A DNA stretch of 64,000 nucleotides, taken from positions 159,216,001 to 159,280,000 of the forward strand of contig OX597815.1 of NCBI GenBank assembly GCA_951406725.2. Direction: 5' to 3'. Below the pieces are notes generated by a model. It was given only the letters and a program-made list of their open reading frames with translations. It was not told the DNA's origin and did no database searches. The DNA is from Octopus vulgaris. Lineage: Eukaryota. This document shows, piece after piece, positions 50,025 through 63,772 of this stretch. Numbering within the stretch: position 1 is the stretch's first letter; each line of letters begins with the position of its first letter. The position numbers and the translations under genes were made by a program.

Positions 50025-53000
50025 TGTAATTTACAGAGAAGCAAAAGACGAAGACAGGTGTATAAACAAGTAGGTGTATTAGTTTGACACTTTTCAACTG
50101 AAAGGAACACGAGGAAATAAACAGAGAAGAAATAAAAAAAACTTGTGGACTTAGCAGTCAGTCATGGGAACTATGTTTGTGTGTCAGTGTTTGTACCTCC
50201 ACCATTGCCTGACAACCGATGTTGGTGTGTTTACGTCCCCATAACTTAGCAGTTCGGCAAAAGAGACCAATAGGATAAGTACTAGGCTTTCAAAGAATAA
50301 GTGCTGGGGTCGATTTGTTCGACTGAAGGTGGTGCTCCAGCATGGCCACAGTCAGATGACTGAAACAAATAAAAGAGTTTTTATGCAGTTAAATGAGTTG
50401 GTTGAGTTCCTCTTTCCAGACATCTTGACATGTCTGATTTTGAGGTATTCCATGCCTCTGGTCTTATTTATATATAATGGAATAAAAAATCATGGTCTTA
50501 TTTATATATAATGATAAGTGTTTAAGTTGCATCTAGATGACACTTACCTGCTGAAGGTGAAGAAAGTGTAGGTTAGTGTCATCCACACAGGAAAATGTAT
50601 CAACTGTGATGGAATCGGTCTTTACTGTTGAGAAGGAAGAGTATCACGAGAGAGATAGTTAAGTACTACAATTCATCATAACTGACTAATTAAGAATTAG
50701 AATACATTATAAAAATTAGATAACCTTAAAGCAAATTGAAATAATCTCAATGCAAATTAAATAACAGTATCAAACCATATCATAGATATCTTTAACTTTC
50801 ATCTTTTATTTGTTTCAGTCATTAGACTGTGGCCATGCTGGGGCTTTTCCTTAAAGAGATTTTAGTGAAATGAATTGACCCCAGTACTTTTTTTAAAGCC
50901 TAGTACTTATTCTGTGGGTGTCTTTTTGCTGAGCCACTAATTTATGGGGATGTAAACAAATCAACACTGGATATCAAGTGGTGGAGGCGGAACAAAAACA
51001 GACACAAAGACACACACTCTCTCCCTTCCCATCTCTCTCTCTCTCTATATATATATTTATATATATGATGGGATTCTTTCAGTTTCTGTCTACCAAATCC
51101 ACTCACAAGGCTTCGGTTGACCCAAGTCTATAGTAGAAGATGCATGCCCAAGGTATCATACAGTGGGACTGAACTAAAAACTATGTGGTTGGGAAGGAAG
51201 CTTCTTACTGCACAGTAACAAATCACATTTAAATTTTGACTAGTTATCTTCCTTCAGCATCATCATCATTTTTATGTCCACTTTCCCATGCTTGCATGGG
51301 TCAGAGGGATTTTATTGATGTAGAATTTCTCTAAAGTGGAGAGCTTTTCCTGTTGCCAATCTTCACTTGTTTCCAAGCAAGATATTTCCCCTGTGACCAG
51401 ACATGTTTTTGCAGAATACTGGTAATGAATGACACTGTTTGTATGTCAGTGACACCTGTTTACAATTAATATGTGATGACAAGACAAGGAATTACACATA
51501 TGCACACATATATATATATATGGAGTGGGAATATATATTCAGTATCAAGTGTTGATATGGCTGTGTGTATATTATTATAAGAGTTCATATAGAGATGAAG
51601 AATAAAGTCAAGAACTATATATATATATTTACTACATAAAAATATATTTTATTTACTGGTCGATGATGATATATAATCAAAATGTAGAATCTAGTTGAAT
51701 GAAGTGATCTATGCAAAAGGTTCAGAGATAGGAAATATAGAAATAACAGCTGAGTGGTGGCTTTCAGTCATGTGACGTACAAAAATAGGTGGACATAGCA
51801 ATGATATGAATGGCTCTAAGTCTAATTGACTAAGAAGCAAAGAGCAAGGTTAGCAAGCTGTTTTTATTAATGGAATGCTAGACATTCTAGAAACTTCCAA
51901 GAGAAACGCTAAGCTTCTTGAATAATTAAAAATCACGTCTCATGACACTGATGCTTCAAGAAACTGAAAAAGGGAGGTTACTCTATAATCTTTTTTGCAA
52001 GGGAGATCATTCAACTACCTAGCTACCACTACACATATATGTATATATATATCTTTTATTTGTTTCAGTCATTAGAAGACACTTGCTCAAGGTGCCCTGC
52101 AGTGGGACTGAACCTGAAGCTATGTGGGGTTGGGAAGCAAACTTCTTACCACACAGACCCCTGCCATACATGGTTTAGTTGGAGCTGGTAAGCTGGAAAA
52201 CTGCAGCAAGCTCCAGTCTGTTTTGGTTTGGTTTCTACAGCTGGATGTCCTTCCTAAATTCAGAGTGTCCTTTACATTTCACCAGCATGGGTCCCTTTTC
52301 CATATCACTGGAACTGACCACAGCCACAATTTCACTTAGCTTCACGTGTCTTCTGGAGCACAGCAAATCGTCAGAAGTTTTGGTCACTTGTCATTGCTTC
52401 TGTGAGGCTCACCAACCAAATTTCATATTTCACCACTTTGATTCATGTCTTCCTGAGTTTACCTTTTCTACAGGTTCCCCTGTCAAGAATAACAAATTTA
52501 CTTTCACCCAAGTTTTCAAGAATGAGTGGAATACTCATATCTAATGTAAAATTTAAGGATTCTACTGAATTTAATTCCATGGAAATTGCCCCGATATGTT
52601 CTGATGAAGAAATGAGATTTTGATACAAGACTCTGTTTTCCTGATTTTAGAGTTGGTAAGGTGAAAGGAGAATAGATTATGCAGTTAAATGTTTACATGT
52701 AAATACCTGTAGACAAAGATATTCTGAAGAGAAAGTGCAGATGAAATCCAGCTCAGAAATATGCAGGGCACTGATGGCCATTGTAAGTTGGCTCACATGG
52801 TAGTTGTGACCTTTTGAATCAAAGATGAGAAGGGTGGATAGTTGAGTTTGAATCAGAATGAATAACAAATAAACATATATTCACCGTCATTTTGGTGTCC
52901 ACTTTTCCATACTTGCATGGTTTAGATAGGGATTTGGTTGAGGCGGATTTTATACAGCTGGGTACCCTTCCTGTCACCAACCTACACCTGTTGTTTCCAA

Positions 53001-54944
53001 GTGAGCTAACAATACCCCATGACCAGAATGGAAAGAAAGAACAGCACTTGATTAATGGTGGTATTTATTTATAGCTGTCACATTAAGTAAAATCAAGGTT
53101 ACTGTAATTGAATTAACCATGCATTATTTTGTGGCCTTGACATTTCAGTGATGCCATAGTTTATTTTTAGAATGACATTATAGGATAGGTGTGAGAGGCC
53201 AGATCTGGTCAGGTTAATCATTAAACAGGCAGAATATGTGGGCTGAATTTAGCCAGTTTAACTGCTAAAGTGTCAAGGTGTTGGACTATTAACTGCATAG
53301 TCATAAGTTCAAACATGACCAAATCTTTTGTGTTGCATCTCCTAAGCAAAGGTAAGGTTAACTATGTGGTTAACTGAGTGGTTAGCTGTGGTAAACTATA
53401 CCTTGAATATAAACAAACTAACACTGCTTGTCAAGCGTTGAGGGGGTGGAGTAAACAAAGACACACGGACACACACAATACATAGTCAGGAGTATCAGTG
53501 TCAAGCAGTGTTTAGGCTTCAGTGAACTTTAGGTTAGTGAAAATATGTTTGTGACATATTTCAGCTTCTAAAGGCAAATTTGCTGCAGTTACTCATCATC
53601 ATCATCGGTTAGTGTCCTCCTTCCATGTTGGCATTGGTTGGATGACTTGATAGTAGCTGGCCAGGAAGGAGCCTGTGCCAGACTTCTGTGTCTGTTTTGA
53701 CAGAGATCTTATGGCTGGATGCCCTTCCTAGCACCAACCACCCAGCAGAGTGAACTGAGTGCTTTTTATGTGACACAATCATGAGTGAGGTCAGTTTTGG
53801 TGTGGTTTTTACAGCTAGATGCCTTTCCGAATGCCAACCAGTTTACAGTGTGGATTGGATGCATTTTAAGTGACACCAGCACTGGCAAGGTCACCAAGTT
53901 ACTTTGCAAGACAAGGATCCTTTGAGAGGGGGAGGGGGAAATGGAGGTGGTGGAGGAATCTTGTGTCAGATGATGAAAAGTTATAGTGTGACAGAGAGAC
54001 AGAAACAAGCATCTTACTCTAGGGGAGGTACATGGTTACCCAAGCAGAGAGAGAGAATGAGGGCAAAAACAGGTGTGCTGCTGTAAAGGAGATACATGGT
54101 TATTCAACCTGAGGTGGGAGTGCAAGAGAGCATAGGAGACAGATGGTGGCAAAATGCCAGGCATACTCACAAGAGATGGGGATTAGAATATAAATGGGAT
54201 GGTTGAGTAATCAGAATATAGATAAATTGGTTGAGTAAAAGAAGAGACCTATGAGGTATGAGAAAAAATTCTCTCTTAGGTTAAAAGATGTAAAAATGCC
54301 ATATCTGTGGGAAACAGATACAGAAGGTCACTAAATCCTCCGCAGTTATTAGCCTGAGGGTCTGATGGGCTTCCACACAGTTTCTGTCTAGCAAATTCAG
54401 TCACGAAGCATTGATTGACCTGAGGTTGTTGTAAAAGACACTTTCCTGAAGTGCTGAGTTGTGGGACTGAACCTGAAACCATGTAATTGCAAAGCGAGCT
54501 TAACCTCACAGCTATGCTTGATCCACGTTTCAGACATTAACTGTTACAGTCGCCATCTGCTCTTCCTCTCTCTTCTCCCGCTACCGTTATCTTAAATATC
54601 TTGTTTGAAGTCTCCAGGCATTTGTTTTTTTTTATATTGTTATTATTAATTTTTTTTATTTGTGTTGTTACTGTTGCCAGTACATGAACTTTGGGGGGAA
54701 AAAAAAGATATAAAAAAAAACAAACGAATAAACCAAAATCAAAGAACTGTCTTAATGTTTACCAAATCTTGTAACTGAACATCTGCAGCAGATCTGGACA
54801 TATTTGATTGTGTATAGAGTGGTGGTGGTGGTTGTGCTTTTTGATAGTGTTTCAGTGATAATATTGTTTCTTTTCCTGTTGTGTTTCCTTTTTTAAAAAG
54901 TGTGTAGTGGTCTGTGAGATTGTGTGCGTATACATATGTATACG

Positions 54945-54985
<41 letters not shown>

Positions 54986-55558
54986 ATATACACACTCACT
55001 CATCTGTGTATTTGTGTGCGTATCTATATAATCATAAAGTAATAGATCCATATATGGGTATATGAGCCATATAAACATATATGTATGTGTGTGCACAGAC
55101 ATGGCTATGTTATTGAAAATTTTGCTTCCCAGCCCCATATCGAGGTCAGTCCCATTGCATAGTACCCTAGGCAAAGCCTTGTGTGTGGATTCGGTAAACT
55201 GAAATTGAAGGATGTGTGTGTGTATATTTGTCTGTGTATGTTTGTATCTTCTTGTCTTAACACTTTCTGATAGTTTTTAAAAGAACGTCTCTGTCATATG
55301 AACTGTGTCATTCATTTCCAGTATTCTGTAGAAACACATCTGACCATGAAGAAATATTACCTTGCATGGAAACAGGTGAAGGTTGGTGATAGGAAGGGCA
55401 TCTAGCCATAGAGCATCTGCCTTGATAAACTATGTCTGACTTTTGCAAGCAAGGAACACAGGACATTAAGCAGTAATGATGTTCATGTATGTATATCTGT
55501 GTATTTGTGTGCATGTGTATGTACACATTAGTTACTTCCAGTTATCTAATGTTTTCTG

Positions 55559-55593
<35 letters not shown>

Positions 55594-55596
<3 letters not shown>

Positions 55597-57140
55597 TTGC
55601 AGCCCAAAAAGTAGGTATAAGTTTTTATCATAGTTGTTTTATATTCTATAATTTTCACACACAATAAATACGATATTAATTGTTATTGTCTGAGATTTTG
55701 GTGTATTTTGAGAGGATAATACAAAGGTTATGGATGATTTAGGGATTTACTGCAAAACCCATGGTGGCCAAAATGATCAGAATGGTTGAAAAAATAACAA
55801 AATAATCAAAAATGACAGAGAATACTGGAATTATTTAATATTTAGTGTGAAGCCCTTTAGCTTCAATCACACTTTGACATCTTCGACTGCATGAGGAAAT
55901 TAAATTTTCAATTTCTTGCTAGGTGATCTTATTACATAATTGCTAGGTTGTTTTAGGATTTCTGGCTTTCGAACGTTCTCCTAGAATATTCCACACATTT
56001 TCAATAGGATTGAGATCTGGGCTTTGAGCAGGCCAATCCATAATAATAACCTTTTCAGCCTTGAGGAAGTTCATGACCACCTTAGCCTTGTGACATGGAG
56101 CATTGTCCTGCATGAATATGGGTGGTCGCTTAGTTGAATTTCTCAGCACAGGCAAGACATGATCTTTTACAAGTTGTTTATAAACTCCTGCATTTACCTT
56201 TCCATGTAATTGCACCAAAGGGCCCACACCATCTCCAGATATCATCCCCCAAACCCTGACACTTCCTCCACCGAATTTAACACTAGTCTTAAGGCATTTA
56301 GGCGACAATTTTTCACCTACTTTTCAACGAACGTACCTTTTCCCATCTGAGCCAAATAACATAAACTTAGATTCATCACTGAAATGCACCGTTTGCCATT
56401 TTTCTTGAGACCACAACACATGTTCGGTTGCAAAGGTAAGACGACACTTTTTATTCTTGGAGCTGATCAGTGGCTTCACTGCTGGTAATCTTGCTTGTAG
56501 GTTATGTTCAACTAAACAATGAGACAAGTTTTTCGAGATAACATTTTCTTCAGTACAATGCTCATTTCCCGAGAAACAGCAGGAGCAGTTTTAAATCTGT
56601 CCTTTTTAACCAACTTTACCATAGCACGATCTCTCTTGGTCGTTTTTCTTGGCCTATCTGTAGACTTTCTTGCTTCACACGAACCACAATCATCGAAGAC
56701 CTTAAGAATACCGTGAAAAACACTTTTTGACTTGTTAACAATCTTTGCAATAGACCCAATACTTAAATTATCCTTCTTTCGAAGCTTAATAATCTGCTGA
56801 CGAATTGATAATGGAGTAAGTGGCATTATATTAACAAAGTACACTGCAGATATTCTTACTAATGTTTAGTAAACGGACCGTTACGTAAACAAATTCAAAA
56901 CAACATGGAGTAAAAGCAACCGTTCTGATCATTTTGGCCGCCATGGGTTTTGCAGTAAATCCCTAAATCATCCATAACTTTTGTATTATCCTCTCAAATT
57001 ACACCAAAATCTCAGACAATAACAATTAATATCGTATTTATTGTCTGTGAAAATTATAGAATATAAAACAACTTTGATAAAAACTTATACCTACTTTTCT
57101 GGCGAAAACAATGCCGTTCTGAATATTTTGGCCGCAACTG
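55594..57140 (-). mobile_element. Tc1/mariner DNA transposon of IR/DR type, full length but defective
   Basis: ~200-bp TIRs starting CAGTTGC, with an internal repeat of GGCCAAAAT..TCAGAA. Inserted in (TA)n, with a transposase inside. Confidence 0.95.
55835..56826 (-). pseudogene. Tc1 DD34E transposase pseudogene
   Basis: Split over ORFs 56512..56844, 56324..56527 and 55943..56308. Shows an HTH region, RPRKTT, FSDESKF and QDNAPCH-(34)-SPDLNPIE, and ends GLHTKY*; it has frameshifts and a stop. Confidence 0.93.
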
Positions 57141-57156
57141 TATATATATATATATA

Positions 57157-57547
57157 CTTGAGACCTATTGAGTCAAGTACGTCGACACCAACATCAAAAT
57201 AGAAATCAAATGGAGATTGTAGTTAAGATACCCATGCCGGTGACATGTAAAATGCACCGGCCAAATGTGGCAGATGCCAGCACCGCCTGACTGGCGTCTG
57301 TGTCAGTGACACGTAGAAAGCACCAACCAATCATGGCCGTTTGCCAGCCTCCTCTGGCCCCTGTGCTGGTGGCACGTAAAAAGCACCTACTACGCACATG
57401 GAGTGGTTGGCATTAGGAAGAGCATCCAGCTGTAGAAACACTGCCAGATCAGACTGGAGCCTGATGTAGCCTCCTGGCGTCCCAGACCCTGCTCGAACCA
57501 TCCAACTCATGCTAGCATGGAAAACAGACATTAAACAATGATGATGG
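57157..57547 (+). mobile_element. RTE 3'-UTR fragment inserted in (TA)n next to the Tc1 element
   Basis: Matches 7450-7960, has an (ATG)n tail, and TA repeats on both sides. Confidence 0.85.
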
Positions 57548-57571
57548 TATATATATATATATGATGTAAAG

Positions 57572-57975
57572 CAGTGTTTCCCAACCTATTTTTCCTATGC
57601 CCCACTATAACTTTCCAGGAAAATGTATGCTCCACCAGTGCTTGAGAAAAAAAAAAACAATTTTGTTTTTAATATTCTATCAATTATTTCATACAAAAAT
57701 AATCTACAGGTAACTCTTTTATTAAGTGCTGAGTATCATCTTCTCATAATTATATACTCTTCTTAAAGAAATATTCACACTAGGGCAATCAGCCTTCACA
57801 CAATATGCTTGGCTGGAGGGATTGATTTGGCTATGCCTAGTATAGCTGTAGTGTGTTTGTTGAGAAAAAAGAATTTCAAGATTCCATGTCCCATTAAATA
57901 AAAAAAAAATTGGACTCCGCTACAATTTTCCTAGGCTCCACCAGTGGGGCATATGCCCCTTGTTGGGAATCACTG
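57572..57975. mobile_element. hAT-family MITE
   Basis: TIRs CAGTGTTTCCCAAC / GTTGGGAATCACTG; perfect 8-bp TSD ATGTAAAG. Confidence 0.9.
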
Positions 57976-58164
57976 ATGTAAAGAGTCCATACATCTTATT
58001 GTTTTGCAGGGTTGGGAGGTACATAATGTCACCCAGTTTAACACCACTTCATTGTTGATGAATACCTTTTGTGGAATTTGCTCTGTTACTAGCATTTAGA
58101 TCAGGTTCTGCAAGCAGTATTTTCATGGAGAAAGCTTTTACATATGTTGCTTGCTTTGCATCTA

Positions 58165-58635
58165 ACTTCACACTGCAACAAGCAGTAAATTTCTTCTAAA
58201 TCTATCCATTTGCACTTCACCAGGACCACTGCCATGTTTACATACACACTGAGTCTGAAAGTACCTCTGGTCATTTCCAACTATTTTGGCCAGCAGTTCT
58301 GACAGTATCCTTTCTGTTACTATCAAACAACGCACACCAGAACTAACCCCTATCTTCACCAAAACTCTTCAATCTCTCTCTTTCTTTACAGAAATGTTAT
58401 TCTTACATTTTGCAAATGTGTATACCATACCAAAGAAGGGCAACTCCCTTAATCCCCCCATCTACCATCCTAACACTGTTGCTTCCAAGATTTCATAAGT
58501 GATAGTGATAACTGTTAACAACATTCTCTGATGCTTGAATCTCTCTCACTTCTTAGTGGCTACCATTGTGGTTTTCATAAAGCCAAATATTTTTGGCATT
58601 TATTCTCTGTTACTCACCAATGGCCTTTTGCCTTT
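58165..58635 (+). mobile_element. Highly degenerate CR1/Jockey-group LINE RT fragment
   Basis: PELTPIFTK..ANVYTIPKKGNSLNPPIYHP resembles the PIPKKG..NYRPI RT motif; GF and THQW remnants follow. Confidence 0.65.
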
Positions 58636-58989
58636 CATAAAATTTGAATTTTATTGCACTTCCAATAGATCATACTCAACTAATTTTCCTATACATCAAT
58701 CATAGACAAACTGTAACCTGCAGGACTTTCTGAATGATATGTCTAACAAAAAAATCTACCTTGATTTTTTTTAGTTGTATGGCCTGCTTCTTGATAAGAC
58801 ATGTCTTATGCAGCCCACTTCTTGATATAAAGCTGTCCATGCCTGCAGCGTCACTTCTTTCTGTGACTCATTGATGGATTTTGCTGTCTAAAACTCACAA
58901 AAAAGCTCTGAAAGACAACTAATTTTGTACTTTAGATTATAATCTCAAAAACCTTAATGAATAAATGGGGAGTGAGATTCCTGTTGAAT

Positions 58990-59225
58990 ACCTATTTCTT
59001 TATTACCCACAAGGGGCTAAACATAGAGGGGACGAACAAGGACAGACATAGGTATTAAGTTGATTACATTGACCCAGTGCGTAACTGGTGCTTAATTTAT
59101 CGACCCCGAAAGGATGAAAGGCAAAGTCGACGTCGGCGGAATTTGAACTCACAACGTAACGGCAGACGAAATACCGCAAAGCATTTCACCCGGCATGCTA
59201 ATGCTTCTGCCAGCTCGCTGCCTTA
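58990..59225 (-). mobile_element. tRNA-derived SINE family B, representative copy
   Basis: AGCTGGCAGAA..GAGTTCAAATT head and a GCCTTTCATCCTTTCGGGGTCGATAAA central block that resembles a recalled Meta-type SINE domain. Other copies at ~2570-2782, 19925-20122, 28085-28590 (split), 47458-47670, 59270-59470 and 62920-63080. Confidence 0.85.
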
Positions 59226-60463
59226 GAAATACCTATCTGCACAGAATACTCAAGAAAATTGGATTAATGTAGGTGGGTGAGTTGGCAGAATTGTTAGCAC
59301 TTTGGGCAAAATGCTTAGTGGCATTTTGTCCATTTTCATGTTCTGAGTTCAAATTCTGCCAAGGTCAACTTTGCCTTTCAACCTTTTGGAGTCAATAAAA
59401 TAAGTACCAGTAATCGACTTACATGCTTTGTAGTAAGTGCTGGCCTTGTGCCAACATTTGAAACCAATGTAGATGACAAAGAATAAAATGTTTAAAGAGT
59501 TAATGATTCTGATTACTAAAAAAGAGAATATTCATAAGTTAATACTTATTTTGAAACATCTCATTTCAAGTTGATCTCACAAAACGAGAGAATTAAAATT
59601 ATAATTATTTAAAACAACTCTTTTGTTGTGTTTTTTTTTTCTCTAATTAATTAGTTAAATTCGGAAGAGGGTTCAATTTATTTGATATTCTGCTTGAGGT
59701 TCTGCTGGTTGAGGCCTCTAGGAAAAACTTGGAATAGAATTCCAAAGGGGCAAATTTCTGAAGGGAGGTAAAGTGTTTAGTGTGATATTTGGCAAATGCA
59801 ACTCAGTATTGATGAAAGAAGAAAAGCATGCCTGTGAGTTAGTGGGTCATCGTGGTCATCGAGTCAGGTGACTTACCTGGACCAATACAACTCTTCCATG
59901 CCAGATGTTCTGATTGAGTGATGTGACAAAAATACCCTCCTACACTCTACAAAACAGAAAACCCCAAAAGAACTAAAAACAAATAAGATTTAAATAAAAA
60001 AAAAAATATCAGTCAATAATTATAGATATTATGTGATAAGTTTATAACCTTAACATTGTCATTTAGTCCAGATGCTCATGGTTTCTTGCTGTTGACACTT
60101 AGAATTAGCCTCATGCAGCTGATAAAGTTGACCTTTGACAATGATTTATAGCAAGTATTAGATTGCACTGTGTCAGCTCTACTCATAACCATGGCTTAGG
60201 CTCACCAAATTAAGCCATGTTGTTTTTTTCTTTTACTCTTTTACTTGTTTCAGTCATTTGACTGTGGCCATGCTGGAGCACCGCCTTATTAGTCAAGCAA
60301 ATTGCCCCCAGGACTTATTCTTTGTAAGTCTAGTACTTATTCTATTGGTCCCTTTTGCCAAACTGCTAAGTTACGGGGGACATCGAACCGCTAAGTTACG
60401 GGGACATAAACACACCATCATCGGTTGTCAAGCGATGTTGGGGGAAACAAACACAGACACACA

Positions 60464-60513
<50 letters not shown>

Positions 60514-61354
60514 AATATATAAAATACATACGACGGGTTTCTTTCAGTTTCCGCCTACCAAATCCACTTACAAGGCTTTGGTCGGCCCGAGGCTATAGTA
60601 GAAGCCACTTGCCCAAGGTGCCATGCAGTGGGATTGAACCCGGGACCATGTGGTTGGTAAGCAAGCTACTTACCTCACAGCCACTCCTACGCTTATGTTG
60701 TTTAACTGTAAATAATTTCTAATCAAGTTAATCTATGATCAAAAGTATTGCTACAATGCTGTCTTTTATTCAGATGTTGTATCTATGAATTCATTTCTAA
60801 ATGTTTCCTTTGTATTTTTTAAAAATCATTGAAGTGTGATTTGTGTGCAATTTGGCTTCAGTTCCTTGCATCTTGAACAATTGTTTTGGCTCATATATAA
60901 CTGTTTTTCAGTCTGGTCTGAGCTACAGACTACTGAGCATTTATTAATTAAATAAGTAATTAAAAAGACCCATTAAGAACCAATACCCAAACTATTTATC
61001 GTTTACTTATTTCAGTCATTGGACTGCAGTCATGCTGGTGCACTACCTTCTGAGTGCTTTTTTTTTTTTACACATAACATGTTAAATTGTAAAATCTAGA
61101 GATTCTTCGTGACTCATATGTGAAATTTATTTAATTTTAAACTTCAGGAAAAATGAATTTCTAAAATCAAAAATGAAATTTCAGCAGGATTGTAAAATAG
61201 ATTCTGTAGCAATTCTTTTTCGCTATTGTAATTAGAGATTCACGTAGTTAACATCTTAAAGCCTTAACAAATTTTAATTAATTTTGAGTTCTCATGAACC
61301 TGCAAATATATATATGTTTGTAAGTGTGTATGTGCATATGTATTTGTGTGTGTT

Positions 61355-61388
<34 letters not shown>

Positions 61389-63277
61389 GCATATTGACTT
61401 TTGTGTAGCAAAAGCTAAAATTTGTCATTCTTTTTTTTTTAATTAACTGAAAATGTTCGTGCTAACAGTTCCGTCATATATGTATATTTAACAGAACATT
61501 TTAAACATAATTAACATATTAATATAATTAACAAGGTTATTTTTTTTTTTATAAAGTGGAACTTTAATATGAAACAGTAATAGTGAAGCAGGGATTCACA
61601 GATTATGCTCACTGTTGAAGAGTTAGAACTGAATGACTCCTATAGAAGCCATATTTTTACAATAATGGGATAAATTAGATTATTGACTTAGGGTCAGTAT
61701 ACTGCGCATCTCTTTGAAACTGCCTTATTGAATTAATATTCTCAATTTCCAATTTTTGGAAGTTTTCTTCAGAAGAATGTCACTACAATAATAATATTAT
61801 AATAATTATTTTTATTTAGTCTACTTGATCAGCACTGACCTAGGGCTGCACAGAACAACATGTTTATGCTTTTGAAGTAGTTTATAAAACCTTTCAATAT
61901 GAAAATACTTGTTTTTTTTTTATGATAAGTTGAAAGTAAACCAGCAATTGATTTTTGGCATTGTTGCTTTCTTACTTACTACACAGAAATTTCGATTGAA
62001 GGTTGTAATTATAATGTTAGACATTATGTAGCTAATTTGTCCCCCAAACATATTCCGCAGGGAAATTAGTACGTTAGTATATTAGCTAATCAATATCGAA
62101 CAGTATTCTGGATTTCTGGGACTTCAGATGTCTTAAGATGGGAGAATCTAAACTGTGACTTTTACTGCTGAGTACTTAGTGTACAGCTCTTGCTTTTAGT
62201 TCCACTTGAATGGAATTGATTTCTATTTAAATGGCATTACTGATTGAGATAAAGTCTTTTGGAACAGTGCCAAGTTTTGAGTTTCTCCTCTATGTCTCCA
62301 TCTAAAGTGGACTAGGTACTTTAGACCAGCAATTCCCAACTTGGGGAGCTCCACGCAGGTGGTACAGCAATGTTTGTGAGTGTGCTCAAAGTTTTAAAAG
62401 GCTGCAGTGTAAAGTTTGTAATTAATCAGTCATATATAGGTGCAGGTGGGGCTGTGTGGTAAGAAGTTTGCTTTCCAACCACATGGTCCCAGGTTCATTC
62501 GCACAGTGTGGCACCTTGGACAAGTGTTTTCTATTATAGCCTCAGATTAACTGAAACCTTGTGAGTAAATTTGGTAGATAGAAACTAAAAGAAGCCTGTC
62601 AGATGTGTGTGTGAGTGTTTGTGTCTGTTTGTCCCCCACAATTGCTTGACAATTGGTGTTAGTGTATTTACATCCCCATTACTCAGTGGTTTGACAAAAG
62701 AAACCAGTTGAATAAGTACCAAGTTTAAAAAAAAAAAAGTCCTGGAGTCATTTCATTTGACTGAAATTCTTCCATGTGGTGCTCCAGCATGACCACAGTC
62801 TAATGACTGAAAAAGTATAAGATAAAAAAAAAGATAATTATTCAGTTATATATATTTAGTTTATTAAGTAGACAGATCTTTTAAGAGTGTGGGGTCCATT
62901 GGAAATTCAATGCGATGGTATTTCTTTAAACTTTCTGCATTCAGAGTTCAAATCCTGCTTTCCATTCTTCTGGGGTTGATAAAATAAAGCACCAGTTACA
63001 TCCTGAGGTCAATATTATCATCCGTTCCTTTTCTTCAAATTTGAAATCATGTTCCCTTCTAGGGTTGATAAAATAAGTATAGGGCAAATATTTTGGTCAG
63101 TTTGATCGTTTCCCATTCGCCAAATGTATTACAGTACCTAATTAAAAATCCTTAGAAATAGTAGAGCAATGAATAAAAGTTGGTATAGCGAAGAAAAAAA
63201 AAAAACTCCCATGTAGTATTTAGGTTCAACTGAGTTATTTCCTATATGATAGAATAGGTACCAGGCTAAGTACTGGT

Positions 63278-63772
63278 GGAGGTGTATGGCTTAGAGATTA
63301 AGGTATTGGACTCATGATTGTAAGATTGTGATTTCGATTCCTAGACTAGGTGATACGTTGTGTTCTTGAGCAAAACCCTTCATTTCAGATTGCTCCAGTT
63401 TACTCATCTGGCAAAAATGAGTAATCCGACAATGGACTGGCGTCCCATCCAGGTGTGGGATATATATGCCATGAAACTGGAAAACCGGCCCTTATGAATC
63501 AGTAAGACTTGAGAAGGAAACTTAGTGGCGGTGCAGGCTTAGTGGTTAGGGTGTTGGACTTGTAATAGTAAGATTGTGGTTTTGATTCCTGGACCTGATG
63601 ACACATGTTCTTGAGTAAAACACTTCATTTCACATGACTCCAGTCCACTCAGCTGGCAAAAATGAGTAATCCTGTGATGGACTGGTGTCCCATCCAGATG
63701 GGGAATATATACATCATGAAACTGGGAAACCGACCCTTATGAGTCGATATGACTCGAGAAGGTAACTTTACC
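63278..63772 (+). mobile_element. Two tandem copies of tRNA-derived SINE family C
   Basis: GGCTTAGTGGTTAGGG..TTCGATTCC head and TGTTCTTGAGCAA..GCTCCAGTCCACTCAGCTG core. Relatives at 12720-12972, 13385-13700, 17950-18080, 30240-30425 and 42713-42970. Confidence 0.82.

Noticed and set aside
54530-54900. Possible exon or alternative promoter of the plus-strand gene
   Set aside because: The sequence looks unique, but there is no convincing splice-site pair or recognisable peptide.
60258-60722. 154-aa ORF and similar ORFs at 42, 9621, 12100 and 43865
   Set aside because: They are antisense readings of SINE family A copies.
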